Positions 40,180 to 53,039 of a stretch of DNA of 64,000 nucleotides are shown here, piece by piece. Within the stretch, counting starts at the first letter, position 1, and each line of letters begins with the position of its first letter. Source of the stretch: the human T2T-CHM13v2.0 reference genome, Homo sapiens. Made by a program: the position numbers and the translations under genes. The notes under the pieces were generated by a model. That model did no database searches, had not been told where the DNA came from, and was given only the letters and a program-made list of their open reading frames with translations. The stretch is from the NCBI RefSeq assembly GCF_009914755.1, contig NC_060935.1. One strand, given 5' to 3'.

Positions 40180-40660
40180 TTAAAAAATGGACTTGATTCC
40201 TGGCTCCACTAACTACAAATTAGATGACCTAGAAAAATTTCTTAATTTGTTTGTATGATATTTCACTATCAAAAATGATAGTAATGTTACCCAGATCATG
40301 GATTATATTAAATAATTTATTAAATATTTTAGCACAGCACCTGGAGGATGTTCAATATATGTTGACTGAATCTAAGTCTGATTTCTGCAAAGCAATCTAT
40401 GAGAGGCAACAACACAGAATATAGAGAATGTACGAGCCAGAAATTTCTGGGTTCAAATTCCTAGTTTATCACTTATTAATTATGTGAACCTGGATAAGTT
40501 TCTTAGCCACTCAACATATTAGGCTCTTAACCTGTAAACTGAGAACAATGGCATCTACCTTGCAAGTCCATTGTGAAGATTAAGTGTATTTGGAAGCAAA
40601 TGCATGATGAATGCCCATTACATAGAATGCATTTAATAATAATAGCAACATTATTATTAC
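40180..40660 (+). mobile_element. Two tandem MIR copies
   Basis: tcctggctccactaacta...; ctgggttcaaattcctag...ctgtaaactgag...ttattattac. Confidence 0.75.
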
Positions 40661-41017
40661 TGTTATTCATTATTGAAGGACCAGAAGGAAAAGTATAGTT
40701 GAAGACTCTCTAAATAAAAAAAGAAAGAAAAAACAACACAAAATAAAAAAGGTTTTCAAATTTCCTTTTCTCCTAAAATTCACCCAAAAAAAGAATTCCA
40801 TGCTAACATGAGTGAACGTGAAGCTATTTTCTTTCCCTCCTCCCCTGAGATGGTAGCAGAAATGGAACTGGTGAACAGGCCCAATTCAAACAAAGATAGC
40901 TACAGGAATAACACCGGGAGAGACACAAGATTTGTTTTGGCAAATAGAAGGGATTTCTGATTGTTTTGGTTTTCTTCTCTTGGAGCCAGTCAGCATCTGG
41001 CTTTGAGAACCATGGGT

Positions 41018-41150
41018 ATGGTCACCATATGTCCCACATTTTTCTAGAGCAGTCACAATTTAAAATATTGAGTCCTGTTTCCCCCTTAGGAACAGTTGTA
41101 TTTGTGAGACCATGGATCTTTATTTGCAGTTCAGAAAATATGGTCATTGT
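41018..41150. mobile_element. hAT-Blackjack MITE (MER94/MER81-like)
   Basis: Terminal inverted motifs ggtcaccatatgtcc ... atatggtcattg. Confidence 0.55.
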
Positions 41151-41451
41151 CACTACAGAAGTTTGTATTTGACCGGGTAAAAGAAGAGATCACAGGAAAA
41201 TGGGGGCAGGTCATGAACTACAGAAAAATAAACTGGGATTTTTTTTTTCCTCTATATTATCACTCTCCTTACACTTAATACCAAGTGCTGGTTTGGCACT
41301 TTTCCTCTAAAAAGCAACCTAATAGGTTTCCAGGGTCATTGTGACCAATCCCACGTCTTTGAACCAAGTCAGGCAATTTTCAGGAGATTTCAGCTCCATC
41401 TAGTTTGATAATTCCCTATTGAGCGAGCAGAGCAGGGAAGGTTGTGTCAGT

Positions 41452-41680
41452 AATAGCAACAACTAGCTAGCATTCATTAGTTTATTGAGAGACTATATGT
41501 GCCAGTACATGGCTGAGTGTTCTACATGCATTAGCTCATCTAATGCTTGCAAGAATCCTGTAAGAGGACACCATTATTCTCTCCTTATATGAAAACAGAC
41601 TAAGAGAGATTAAGAAACGTGCTGAAAGTCACATGGCTGGTAAGTGACAGAGCTGGATCCAAGCCTGGTTGATCCCAGGA
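41452..41680 (-). mobile_element. MIR
   Basis: cattagctcatctaat...agagattaagaaacgtgctgaaagtcacatggctggtaagtgacagagctgg. Confidence 0.8.
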
Positions 41681-43353
41681 TTTCTGAAAAGGTAGACTCA
41701 TCATACATTTAAACAGAGTATTTTTCAGACAGGAAGGTTGAGGGTCAGGCCTAAAATTTCTGGGGTGACCATGCAGCTGTGGGAGTATCAGATAGGCTAC
41801 TGCTCACAGAAGAGCGATTCTTCCTAGGAGTTGTTTTTCAAACTGGAAAAATCTTGGAACCAGAAATCCATTATGTGAAAGTAAGTGTGTCTGGATGGGA
41901 TTACTAGAGATGTGCAAACCCGGGGGTGTTTGGGGTTTGGCTACACATTATGTTCTATTTTTCAAAGGTTCTGGGAGAGGCAAAACTCCAAACATGTTTC
42001 TGCACGGTAATTATCCACTTTGGTTTCAGATCCATGTGTGTTTCTAGAGGAATTAACAACCCTGGACCTGTTTCTTATTTTAGTGGGTGCCCCTCATATA
42101 AATATTCACAGACAGAGCAGACCTACAGGAACTGTGGAAGTCAGAGGAACCAAACTCAGCCTAGCAAGAACAGAAAAACAAAGCTAAACATGTTTAAGAA
42201 TCTCCATTTACTATGGCCTTGGCTATGCAGCTAATTAGAGCAAGTCATTGGGTGGGAGAAGGAAAAAAACCCCAGCATATCGAGTGCTTACTATGAAAGC
42301 CACTGTTCTTGATACCATCCTCACCCTCAGGGAATTTTCACTAGGAAGATGATAAAGACCAGTGAATAGGTAATTTCACTACAGTGTGGTTAAAAAGACA
42401 GGGTTTCATAGAAGCACAGAGACAGCGCATTTAAAGCCAGTCTTGACGGTGTTCCAGTTACATATTGCTGTGTAACAAACTACCTCCAGAATGCAGTGGC
42501 TTGAAACAACAGCCATTTATTTATATCTGTTGGTTCATGGGTCAAGAATTTTGGCAGGGGTCAGCTAGGTAATTCTTTTCTTTCACATGGTGTTAATAAA
42601 GATCACTGGGCAATATGCAGCTAGGGGACAGATTCATCTGTAAGATCCCAGATGGCTTCAGTAACTTGTCTGTTTCCTTGCTGGGGATAATTGAATTCTA
42701 CTGGTCACAAGTCTTCCCAGGTTCAACAAGAGGGGACTTAGACCCTACCTCTCAGTAGAAGGAGTGTTAAAGAATTTGTAGCTATGTTTTTAAACTGCCA
42801 CAGTCATCTCTACCATCACAAATTTTTTTAATGTCTCATACATGTAAATATATTCACCTCCAACCTCCTTCAGAAGACCATCAGATTTAGGTCTGAGGTT
42901 CAGAATCTCATCATCCAAATTAAATCCAGAAGCAAATAAGTCTCCATAGGTCCAGTTCCTTCGATATGGGTCTTCTCAATCTGAATACTTATAAACCAAA
43001 GGTACACTTTTTCTATCATTCTTACAAACACCACAAATACCCAAGATATTAAAAAGAGGCAAGGCATGATACAAGGCATATGTCAGCCCCTGCTTCATGG
43101 CAATTCTGAAATTCAATCAGGAACATGTCTGTTCCTTAACTAAGACTTACTCATGCTCTCTGACTCACTGGTTCATTCTCTGGGCTCTTGGGTCCACCCT
43201 CTGAGTTATTCTAGCCTATGTTTTCAGCTGAGTAATTTTCTCTGTGTGTTTCTTGATCATGGAAGTGTAGAGATTCACATCTTCCTCTTTTTTGTACTGC
43301 TTTTGAATCTTTCAGTCTACAGTTTTAATTCCTTCAAAAAGTTGGTGGGTTTC

Positions 43354-43768
43354 TGTCAGTCAGTTTGTCTTCCATAATAAAATATCTGAGACTTTGTAAT
43401 TTGTAAACAATAAAAATTTATTTCTTACAACAATCCTGGAGGTTGAAAAGTATAAGATCAAGTTGCAGCAGGTTTGATGTCTGGTGAGGGTGACACTCTT
43501 CACTTCAAGATGGCGTCTTGTCACTGCATCCTCACATGGTGAGGGACAGAAGGACAAAAAGGGATGAATGCTGTGCCCTCACTTGATGGAAGAGCAGAAG
43601 AGAACTAACCCACTCCCTCAAGCTCTTCTATAAGTGTTTTAATCCCATCCATGAAGGCTTCACCCTCATGATTTAATCACCCCTTAAAAGCACTGCCTCT
43701 TAATACTATCACACTGGCCATTAAGTTTCAACATATGAATTTGGGGGAAACACAGTCAAGCCATAGTA
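43354..43768 (-). mobile_element. MaLR solo LTR MSTD/MLT1A-like
   Basis: 5-bp TSD gtttc at 43349-43353 and 43769-43773; atttatttcttaca...caagatggcgtctt...cctcttaatactatcac. Confidence 0.88.
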
Positions 43769-43910
43769 GTTTCTTATGTATCAATTTATAAAATTTATTT
43801 AATTAAACAAACAGCCACAGTCACAAATATCTTAATTCATAAGTGCTTCTCAACTTTGGGTTTCTTGTTGGGCTACTGTGAGACAATGCCCTTAAGAGTC
43901 TCAGAAACAC

Positions 43911-44199
43911 AGCTGGGTGCGGTGGCTCATGCCTTTAATTCCAGCACTTTGGGAGATCAAGGCGGGTGGATCACTTGAGATCAGGAGTTTGAGACAAGCC
44001 TGGCCAACTTGGCAAAACCCTGTCTCTACCAAAAATACAAAAATTAACCAGACATGGTGGCAGGCACTTGTAATCCCAGCTATTAGGGAAGGTGAGGCAG
44101 AAGAATCACTTTGAACCCGGGAGGTGGAGGTTTCAGTGAGCCAAGATGGCACCACTGCACTCCAGCCTGGGTAACAGAGCAAGAATCTGTATCAAAAAA
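43911..44199 (+). mobile_element. AluSx/Sz-like
   Basis: TSD aagagtct(c/t)agaa(a/c)cac at 43894-43910 and 44200-44216. Confidence 0.94.
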
Positions 44200-44477
44200 A
44201 AGAGTCTTAGAACCACAATAGTTTAATGAAGAGGGCCCACGAGACACAACCTTAAGATTCTTAGAGACCTTTTTGTTTAACTCTGAGGATCTATAAGGCA
44301 GGAGACAAGGTCATCTGGTGGTGCTCATTTGGGTGACCTTTAGGATTCAGATGGCTTCACTTGCTTGTTGTTACATTGGCAGAGATTGCTGGAATGCTAG
44401 GCTTAGTTGGGACTGTTGTCCCAAGTGCCTACACATGACCTCTCCATCATGGAAGCTTCAGAGTGGCCAAATTTCTT

Positions 44478-44858
44478 TTTTTCTTTTCTCTCTCTCTTTT
44501 TTTTTTAGTTCTTATAAGAAAATACGAAAGAAATTTTTTTTAATTTTTTAATTTTTTAATTTCAATAGATTTTTGGGAACAGGTGGTATTTGGTTACATG
44601 AATAAGTTCTTTAGTGGTGATTTCTGAGATTCAGGTGCACCCATCACCCAAACAGTGTACACTGTAACCAATGTGTAGTCTTTTATCCCTCGCCACTCCC
44701 CACCCTTTCCCCTGAGTCCCCAAAGTCCAATGTATCATTTGTATCCTCATAGCTTAGCTCCCACATATGAATGAGAATATAAAATGTTTGGTTTTCCATT
44801 CCTGAGTTATTTCACCTAGAATAATACTCTCCAGTTTCTTCCAGGTTGCTGTGAAAAA
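44478..44858 (-). mobile_element. L1PB 3' end (5'-truncated)
   Basis: gggaacaggtggtatttggttacatgaataagttctttagtggtgatttctgag; TSD agtg(g/a)cca(a/g)atttctt at 44462-44477 and 44859-44874. Confidence 0.9.
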
Positions 44859-45312
44859 AGTGACCAGATTTCTTACATGGCAGCTTAGAGTTTCCAGAGA
44901 AGGCATTCCAGGAAACATAGCAGAAGATGCATGGTCTTTCATAATCTAACCTCACAAGTCACATGGTGTCACTCCTACTGTTACTCTCAATGGCAGGAGT
45001 GTCAAAGAATATGAAGACGTACTTAAAACTACCAGAGCAGTCTATAGGGATGGCCTTCCGGAGAAAGGGATTTCTAAACACAGACTTGAAAAGAACAGGA
45101 ATTGGGCGAAGAGATAGGGTGGATGGGGAAGGACGTTCAAGGCAAAGATGAAGGCAGAAGTAAAGCATAGACCATGAAGGATTGAAAAGGCCTTGTGGAG
45201 TTGTAGTATATGAGACTGCAGTGGAGGTGTAAGCAGCAGCCTTATGGAAAAGAGTTACCAGATTTGCTCTTACATATGGGCAAGAGAGGACTTTACTCTG
45301 GGCTGCACACTT

Positions 45313-46366
45313 TATTTTTTTTCTGTCAGAAAATATTTATTTATTTATTTATTCATTTATTTATTGCTTGTACTCTTTTATTATTATTATTATACTTTAA
45401 GTTCTATGGTGCATGTGCACAACGTGCAGGTTTGTTACGTATGTATACATGTGTCATGTTGGTGTGCTGCACTCCTTAACTCGTCATTTACATTAGGTAT
45501 ATCTCCGAATACTCTCCCCCACTCCCCGTGTGTGTCCCCATCACATGACAGGCCCTGGTGTGTGATGTTCCCCACCCTGTGTCCAAGTGTTCTCATTGTT
45601 CAATTCCCACCTATGAGTGAGAAGATGCAGTGTTTGGTTTTCTGTCCTTGCGATAGTTTGCTCAGAATGATGGTTTCCAGCTTCATCCATGTCCCTACAA
45701 AGGACATGAACTCATCATTTTTTATGGCTGCATAGTATTCCATGGTGTATATGTGCCACATTTTCTTAATCCAGTCTTATCATTGGTGGACATTTGGGTT
45801 GGTTCCAAGTCTTTGCTATTGTGAATAGTGCTGCAATAAACATACGTGTGCATGTGTCTTTATAGCAGCATGATTTATAGTCCTTTGGGTATATGCCCAG
45901 TAATGGGATGGCTGGGTCAAATGGTATTTCTAGTTCTAGATTCTTGAGGAATCGCCACACTGTCTTCCACAATGGTTGAACTAGTTTACAGTCCCACCAA
46001 CAGTGTAAAAGTGTTCCCATTTCTCCATATCCTCTCCAGCACCTGTTGTTTCCTGACTTTTTAATGATCATCATTCTAACTGGTGTGAGATGGTATCTCT
46101 TTGTGGTTTTGATTTGCATTTCTCTGATGGCCAGTGATGAGGAGCATTTTTTCATGTGTCTGTTGGCTGCATAAATGTCTTCTTTTGAGAAGTGTCTGTT
46201 CATATCCTTTGCCCACTTTTTGATGGGGTTGGTTGATTTTTTCTTGTAAATTTGTTTAAGTTCTTTGTAGATTCTGGATATCAGCCCTTTGTCAGATGGA
46301 TAGATTGTAAAAATTTTCTCCCATTCTGAAGGTTGCCTGTTCACTCTGATGGTAGTTTCTTTTGCT
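45313..46366 (-). mobile_element. 5'-truncated L1PA (L1PA5-7-like), ORF2 C-terminus and 3' UTR
   Basis: ORF 45766-46542 carries [17 protein letters not shown]...[13 protein letters not shown], the L1 ORF2 cysteine-rich domain; TSD ctgcacactt at 45303-45312 and 46370-46379. Confidence 0.96.
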
Positions 46367-46419
46367 GGACTGCACACTTGAAAGAGCCCTCCTAGATACT
46401 CATTCATCCATGGCTCTCT

Positions 46420-46897
46420 CCTTGATATGAGGAGTCCTATACTAGAGTCAAGAAGACTTGGCCACCTAGAAATGATGTCCCTTTCTAGACTAGGACCCTG
46501 AAATAACCGAGACCCTGAAATTCCCTTGCCCAGTGACTGCACAAACCTAGGAAGTCACCAAGAGGTAGCTATTTTGGAGGACAGTAGATAGAAGTTGGAC
46601 ATGACAGCTGGGGTGTCCTCGTGCTGGTGTACAAGGCCCTCTGCAGTGTTAGGTAAAGAGATAAGAGATAAGGCAAGAGCTGCAGGTCTCCCAGTACTAC
46701 AGTGTTCTGGCCTGGAACTCTGAGGAGCTCAAGAATTCTAAATTTGAACCAGGCCTTCTAAGCCCTTATACATTTATATTTGTCAAGGCATTCAGGTAGA
46801 GCATATTTTAAGAACAGTTTGATAGCTTGATTTATAACCTTACATATGGCATTTTGGCTCTATTTGTACTATTATCCTGGGAGCTTCAAGAGGCCTG
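46420..46897 (-). mobile_element. hAT-Tip100 element MER115-like
   Basis: ggaactctgaggag...aagaattctaaatttgaacc...tttgtcaagg...agcttgatttataacc...gaggcctg. Confidence 0.6.
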
Positions 46898-46899
46898 AA

Positions 46900-48880
46900 G
46901 ATTGTTTACACCAAACTAAGTAGTTTATATTACATCTTGAGGGCAATGTGGAATATTAAAAGATTTTAGTCAAACAAGTGTTATTGGTTTACTGATATTT
47001 CACAAGAACCCAGAAGGAAACCCATCACACTGCAGACACATAGTAAATATTTTTGAGTGAATGAATTACCATTTGAATTTTAGAAAGATCACTCTGGTGC
47101 AGTGTGGGGAATGTTTTGGAGAAGAACAGGATTGGAAATGAAGAGACTAGTTAGAAGGCTCTAGAAGTAACTCAAGATAAGAGGTGTTGATGTCCCTAAC
47201 CCAGTTGTGGATATTAGGATGAATAGAATTGGAAAAACACACACACATCTACTGTTGTGTTTGTCACACTATGTTATAATATTTTTCCTATGGGCCCATC
47301 TCCCATAACAACTATGACATCCTTGAGAATAAGCCATTACTTCCTCACCACATTATTCTCAATGCCTAAAATTGGCATATGGTAGCCATTTGAAAAAGAT
47401 TTATTGAATTAACTGATTAATGCGTGAAAGGATTATAATTTGTAATTCTCACAACGACCTTATGAGATTTCTTTATTTGGTTGAGAAAACTAAGTCTTGG
47501 AGAGATTAAATAACTTGGAATAAAATCTGAGCATCCACATTGTCCACAAAACCCAAAATGATCTGGCCTCTCCAACATCACCTATGCAACATTCACTCTC
47601 ATTCACTCCATTCCAGCTACACTTGCTCATTTTTCCTTACCCAATGGCTATCTCACTTTTTTGGCACTTGTTTTATTTCCTCTGCTCTTTCCTTCAGCTC
47701 TTTGCTTTCCCTGGCCATTTTCACAACTTGGCTCAGATGTCACCTTTCCGGAAAGGTCTTCCCAGGCTACTCAGTATAAGACAGATCTTTCCAAACAAGA
47801 GTCAGAGTAAATCACACTCCATCCTATTACCTTATTTTACTTTCTTCATAGCTACTACACTATATGAAATGACCTTGCTTATGATGTATGATGTATTTAT
47901 TGTTAGCCTTTCTTTCCCACAAGAAAATAATCTCTTTGAGGGCAGGACTTGCCTATCTCTTTAGGAACTGATACACCACCTGACACATAATAGACAATCG
48001 GTAGGTATTTAGCATCCATTAATGACTGGATGAATAAATGAATGAATGAATGATCTTGAGAACTTCATAAGGTATGGAGGCAAGATTTGAACACAGCATC
48101 ATCTGATTACAGAGTCCTTGCTTCTGCCCATGCCTCTCATGCAGCTTCATGAAATCCCATAATCACAGGACCATCTGTCTTATTCACCACTATATTTCCA
48201 GCTCTAAATCAATGTGTGGCATATGATAGGTGCTTAATAAATATTTTGTGGATGAATTAAATATGAATTAACGTGACTGTTTTAAAGAACCTGCCTCATT
48301 ACTTTATAATCACATGGTAAACAGGGTTACTATTACCTTGACCAGGACACCAGGAATATAGTGGGGTTTTATGACTGTTGACAAAATACACAAGACTATG
48401 ATTCTAACTGTCCCAACACTGTCAAGCTGCGTTATCAGGAGACACATTAGAAACTCTTATAATTGTCCAGGCAAGAGATGATGAGAATCCGAACTAGGAC
48501 TGTAGCACAGGGGATGACAAGGAGGAGCTACGGATTCAAGAAAGTGTTAGGAGTAAAACAGGCTGGGCTAGGGGATTTATTGAGTGTGGTGTGTGGGGGA
48601 AAAAAGTAGCCTTCAAGCTTCATACTGAGTGTGCAAGCCGGATTACAATGAGTTGATGGGTAGCTACATTCTGGAACATGGAATAAGTAAGGTGGGGTGG
48701 AGATTAGAATATAATTTGGGGATTCAAGGAAATGTCAACATCGAATGGGAGATAGTAGAGCATATTTGTAAATTTCTTAGAATCAGATGGGATTCAGAGC
48801 AAGAAGATACAAGAAAGAGAGATTGAATGATGGAGCAAGGCCCATAGATGCTTTGAAACTGTTTAATAGTCCCTGTGTGT
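46900..48880. mobile_element. Interleaved L2 and MIR fragments on both strands (L2a sense at 47540-48055 interrupting an antisense MIR)
   Basis: Several L2 tails (aatgaatgaatga), gctcagatgtcacctt, MIR gaaaactaagtcttggagagattaaataacttg. Confidence 0.7.
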
Positions 48881-49081
48881 ACCTAAATGCATGTATGGTG
48901 TTTATCCAGGAGAAATGGTTTTTAAAATAAGGTTGCTCATTTCTTGCCTTTCCTAGGCTGCAAAGAACACACAACTAACAGGTGATATAGAATTTGAAGC
49001 TTAAAGACCAAGTCTACTCTAGGAGTTACTGTTCCAAATGCTTTTCTCAAGGAGATAAATTACCGAATTAGAAATAATGCA

Positions 49082-49392
49082 GGTTGGGCTCAGTGGCTCA
49101 CGCCTATAATTCCAACACTTTGGGAGGCCAAGATGGAAGAATTTCCTGAGGCCAGGAGTTTAAGACCAGACTGGGCAACATAGTGAGACCCCATCTCTAC
49201 ACAAATAAAAATAAAAATAAATATTTACTGGGTATGATGGTGTACACCTGTAGTCCTAGCTACCAGAAAGGCTGAGACAGGAAGATTGCCTGAGCCCAGG
49301 AGTTCAAGGATGCAGTAAGCTAGGCGCAAATGCACTCCTGCCTGGGTGACAGAGCAAGACTCTGTCTTCAAAAGAAAAAAAAAAGGAAAAGA
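49082..49392 (+). mobile_element. AluJ
   Basis: gtggctcacgcctataattccaacactttgggagg...gagcccaggagttcaagg...A-tail. Confidence 0.92.
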
Positions 49393-49526
49393 ATAATGTC
49401 TTATTAAAGAGAAAGTACGGTTCTTTGAAAATTTTTTATTTCATTTTAAGAAGTTCTTGGCAGTATTAAAGTTTCTGATCTATCTTAGTCATACTAGGAA
49501 CATGAATCACCACATACCTTCTTCTT

Positions 49527-49568
49527 GCGTGTGTGTGTGTGTCTGTGTGTTTGTATTTGTGTGTGTGT
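49527..49568. repeat. Imperfect (TG)n microsatellite
   Basis: direct reading. Confidence 0.85.
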
Positions 49569-49569
49569 A

Positions 49570-51210
49570 CAATCTTGAGAATCAGAACAACATTTTGGCC
49601 AAAGACTGACTGCATAAATGATGGTGGCCCCATAAGATTATAATGGAGTTGCAACATTCCTAGCACCTAGCGACACTGTAGCTTTAGTAAGATCGTAGCA
49701 GAAGGCATTACTCATGTGTTTGTGGTGATGCTCATGTAAACAAACTTACTGTGTTGCTAGTCATATAAAAGTAGAACACATACAGTTATGTATAGCATAC
49801 AACACTTGATAAGGATAATAAACAACTATGTTGTTACTGGTTTATGTATTTGCTATACTGTAATTTTAATTATTATTTTAGAGTACCCTTCTTCTACTTA
49901 CAAAAAAATTTAAAAAGTTAATTGTAAAACAGCCTCAGGCAAGTACTTCAGGAGATATTCTAGAAGAAGGCATTGTTATCATGGGAGATGACAGCTTCAT
50001 GTATGTTAGCGCCCCTAGAGACAACCCAATGGAAAAAGATGTGAAAGTGGAAGACAGTGATGTTATTTTTAACCCTGATCCTGTGTGGGCCTATGCTAAT
50101 GTGCGTGTTTGTGTCTTAGTTTTCTAACAACATCTTTTAGAAGTTAAAAAAATTTTAATACAAAGAAGCTTACAGAAAAAGGATATAAAAAGAAAATATT
50201 TTTGTACAACTACATCATATTTATGCTTTAAGTGTTATTACCAAGGAGTCAAAATTTTTTTAAAAAAATTTAAAGTTTATAAAGCAAAAAAGTCACAGTA
50301 ATCTAAGGTTAATTTATTATTGAAAAAGAAAATTTAAAATATGGTACATATTTTACATGGAATATGGTACATATTGTACATGGAATACAATGCAGCCATA
50401 AAAGATAACAAGATCAAGTCCTTTGCAGGAGCGTGGTTGGAGTTGGAGGTCATTATCCTTAGCAAACTAATGCAGGAAGAGTAAACCACAAAGCACATGT
50501 CCTCACTTATAAGTGAGAGTTAAATGATGAGAACATACAGACACAAAGAGGGAACACTGGGGCCTACCTGAGGGAGGAGGATGGGAGGAGGAAGAGGAGC
50601 AGAGAAAATAAAATAACTATTGGGCACTAGGCTTAGTACCTCGGTGACTAAATAATCTGAAGAAAAAAAAAAAACCATGACACAAGTTTACCTATAAAAC
50701 AAATCTGCACGTGTAGCCCTGAACCTAAAATAAAAGTTAAAAGAGAAAATTTAAAAATAAATTTTAGTATAGCCTAAGTGGACAGTGTTTATAAAGTCTG
50801 CAGTAGTATACAGTAATGTCCTAGATATTCACATTCACTCACTACTTATTCACTGACTCACCCAGGGCAACTTCCAGTCATGCAAACTCCATTCATGATA
50901 ACTACCCTGTGTAAGTGTACCATTTTTGAATATTTTATACTGTATTGTAATTGAACCTTTCTATATTTAGATATGTTTAGATACACAAATACTTACCACG
51001 GTGTTACAATCGCCTGTAGTACTCAGCACAGTAACATACTATACAGGTTTGTAGCCTAGGAGCAATAAGTTATACCATGTAGCCTAGCTGTGTAGTAGGC
51101 TGTACTATCTAGGTTTGTGTAAGCACCCTCTAAGATGTTCACACAATGATGAAATCACCTAACAATGCATTTCTCAGAACGTGTCCCTGTTTTTAAAGAA
51201 TGCATGACTA
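49570..51210 (+). mobile_element. Tigger3 (Tigger3b-like, TcMar) DNA transposon split by an L1
   Basis: ggtggccccataagattataatggag near the 5' end; ...catttctcagaacgtgtccctg...tgcatgact 3' terminus; TA on both flanks. Confidence 0.88.
50340..50743 (+). mobile_element. 5'-truncated L1PA 3' end inserted in Tigger3
   Basis: atggaatacaatgcagccataaaa...cctcacttataagtg...; TSD agaaaatttaaaa at 50327-50339 and 50744-50756. Confidence 0.9.
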
Positions 51211-51280
51211 TAGATAGATAGATAGATGATAGACTATGATAAAGATGATAGGTAGATAGATAGATGATAGATAGATAGAT

Positions 51281-51326
<46 letters not shown>

Positions 51327-51336
51327 AAGTAGATAA
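51211..51336. repeat. Compound (GATA)n tetranucleotide microsatellite
   Basis: Uninterrupted (GATA)11 at 51281-51324 plus interrupted blocks. Confidence 0.95.
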
Positions 51337-51841
51337 ATGAATGAACCTATCTGAAATAAAAGGACTGTAAATTAGTGTAGTTTATTAATTGGTTTACTCC
51401 TCTAGACACAGAACAGGGTAGGCAGGCACAGAAGCAGAGCCCCTCCAAGCCCAGCAGCGGTCTTTCCTGGGCACATGGCTAAGGCAGCTTGGAGCCACAT
51501 CACATGCCTTTCTCCTGAACTTTCACAGGAGATTAGCTTTTGCTTCTTGGGTAACTGAATAAGTGGAAAGAAAAGATGTTTGTAACTAACACCAAAGAAA
51601 AGTCCATTTGTTCTCAAGACACTGAGTGTGTTGTTCAACCCAGTGAGTTCATGTATGCATTTTCTTGGACCCTGCAAGGGTCATAAAGGCAGCAGGGTGA
51701 CAAGCCACTTGGTTCAAGTCATGCCCATTCAGGCTGCCCCCAGGGCAGTATTAACTTAGGCAGTTGCTTTTTTCCTTCTCTGGGTTTAAAAGAAAAAAGA
51801 CTCAGAAGAATGTATATATGCATCTTGCTTCTTTGCTCACT

Positions 51842-51845
<4 letters not shown>

Positions 51846-51886
<41 letters not shown>
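51846..51886. repeat. (CT)n microsatellite
   Basis: direct reading. Confidence 0.92.
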
Positions 51887-52274
51887 CTGCCACTGCCTTT
51901 GGGACAGTGATGACCTCAGCCTTCCTCATTCTCAATACTAACTTTTCTTTCTTATTTTGACGTTGGGGCCCAGGGGCAGTGCTGCTGGCAGAGATGAGCC
52001 CAGCTTGAAAACAGAGAGTCCTCCAGCCCCACCCTGGAGCTCAGCTCTCCCGATACCATGGGAAAATGGGGAGAGCAATAAGAGTCTCAAGGAGCCAAAT
52101 CTAATCTACATACTCAGGATCAGGAATTCTAATCCTTGATTCAATCTGATTGCTGCTGAGGGTCAAAATTGTGTAAGTACTTTAAGGTGAGGCCCAGTTA
52201 TGGGGAGTTCTTATCCTAATAAGGCCCCGAATCGCATACAACCAATTAGATGAGAAAAAAGAAATCTCTCTTAA

Positions 52275-52640
52275 TCAGTCATGTGTGCAAAGATTAATGC
52301 CCAAGGATAAGTACTGCCATATTATTTATAGACTCCAAAACTGGAAACAATCCTAAATATCTACAATATGGAATTGATTAGATATATGTGTGGAACATAC
52401 CTACAGTGAATTTATGCAATCATTTAAAATCATGTAGTATTGAATATTTAACAATATAGGAAAATTCTCAACATAAGAACATGTAGTGGCTAATCCCAAA
52501 TTATAGAAAATATGCAATTGTTTGCAAAAGGAAAGAAAAAGGAATATGTGGTAGGAAGTTTTTTTCTACTTGATTTTAAAATTATTTTTTCAAATAGTCA
52601 ACAATAAGCTTGTCTAATTTTTATAAGCAGAAAAATAATA
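52275..52640 (+). mobile_element. L1ME-type 3' fragment
   Basis: attatttataga...aaaactggaaacaatcctaaatatc. Confidence 0.6.
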
Positions 52641-53039
52641 CTATGTAAAATAAATCAATCATTTCTGATTATGGTGGTTCATATGAAAAAGAACAAAGTT
52701 TAGGGGACTATTCTTGTCTAACTTCTTGGAAACCAAGTAAATCAAACAATCAGCAAGAATTTACTATGGGAAACTGAGACACTGACAAAAAATGATTTGT
52801 ATAGATTTGCATGGCAAGAACAGAAGGCTCACTTTCTCTTCAAGTCAGGACCTACTTCTAGAAGAATGTCTGGCATTAGTATTTAATGCCCTAGTGTTAC
52901 CAGAAGTCAATCTATTATGCTTTCTCTTTTTCTGGTATTTGCATTTAAGTCTTATCTCCAGTAAGATCCTAAAGGCTCTATCATTTGTTAAGAAACTTCA
53001 GACATTGGTAAGTATATGGAAGGTGTGTGTAACTGGTTT

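Larger units (their letters stand above)
42450..44990 (-). mobile_element. MLT1 (H-like) MaLR element: LTR 42450-42802, internal sequence to about 44300, second LTR about 44300-44990, with nested insertions
   Basis: tgttccagttacatattgctgtgtaacaaactacc...aaactgccaca; second LTR cagatggcttcact...atttcttacatggcagct...aagtcacatgg. Confidence 0.65.

Noticed and set aside
45766-46542. Longest ORF (258 aa) as a novel gene
   Set aside because: About 200 aa are the L1 ORF2 C-terminus of a truncated L1PA; the N-terminus is chance read-through from flank with a non-ATG start
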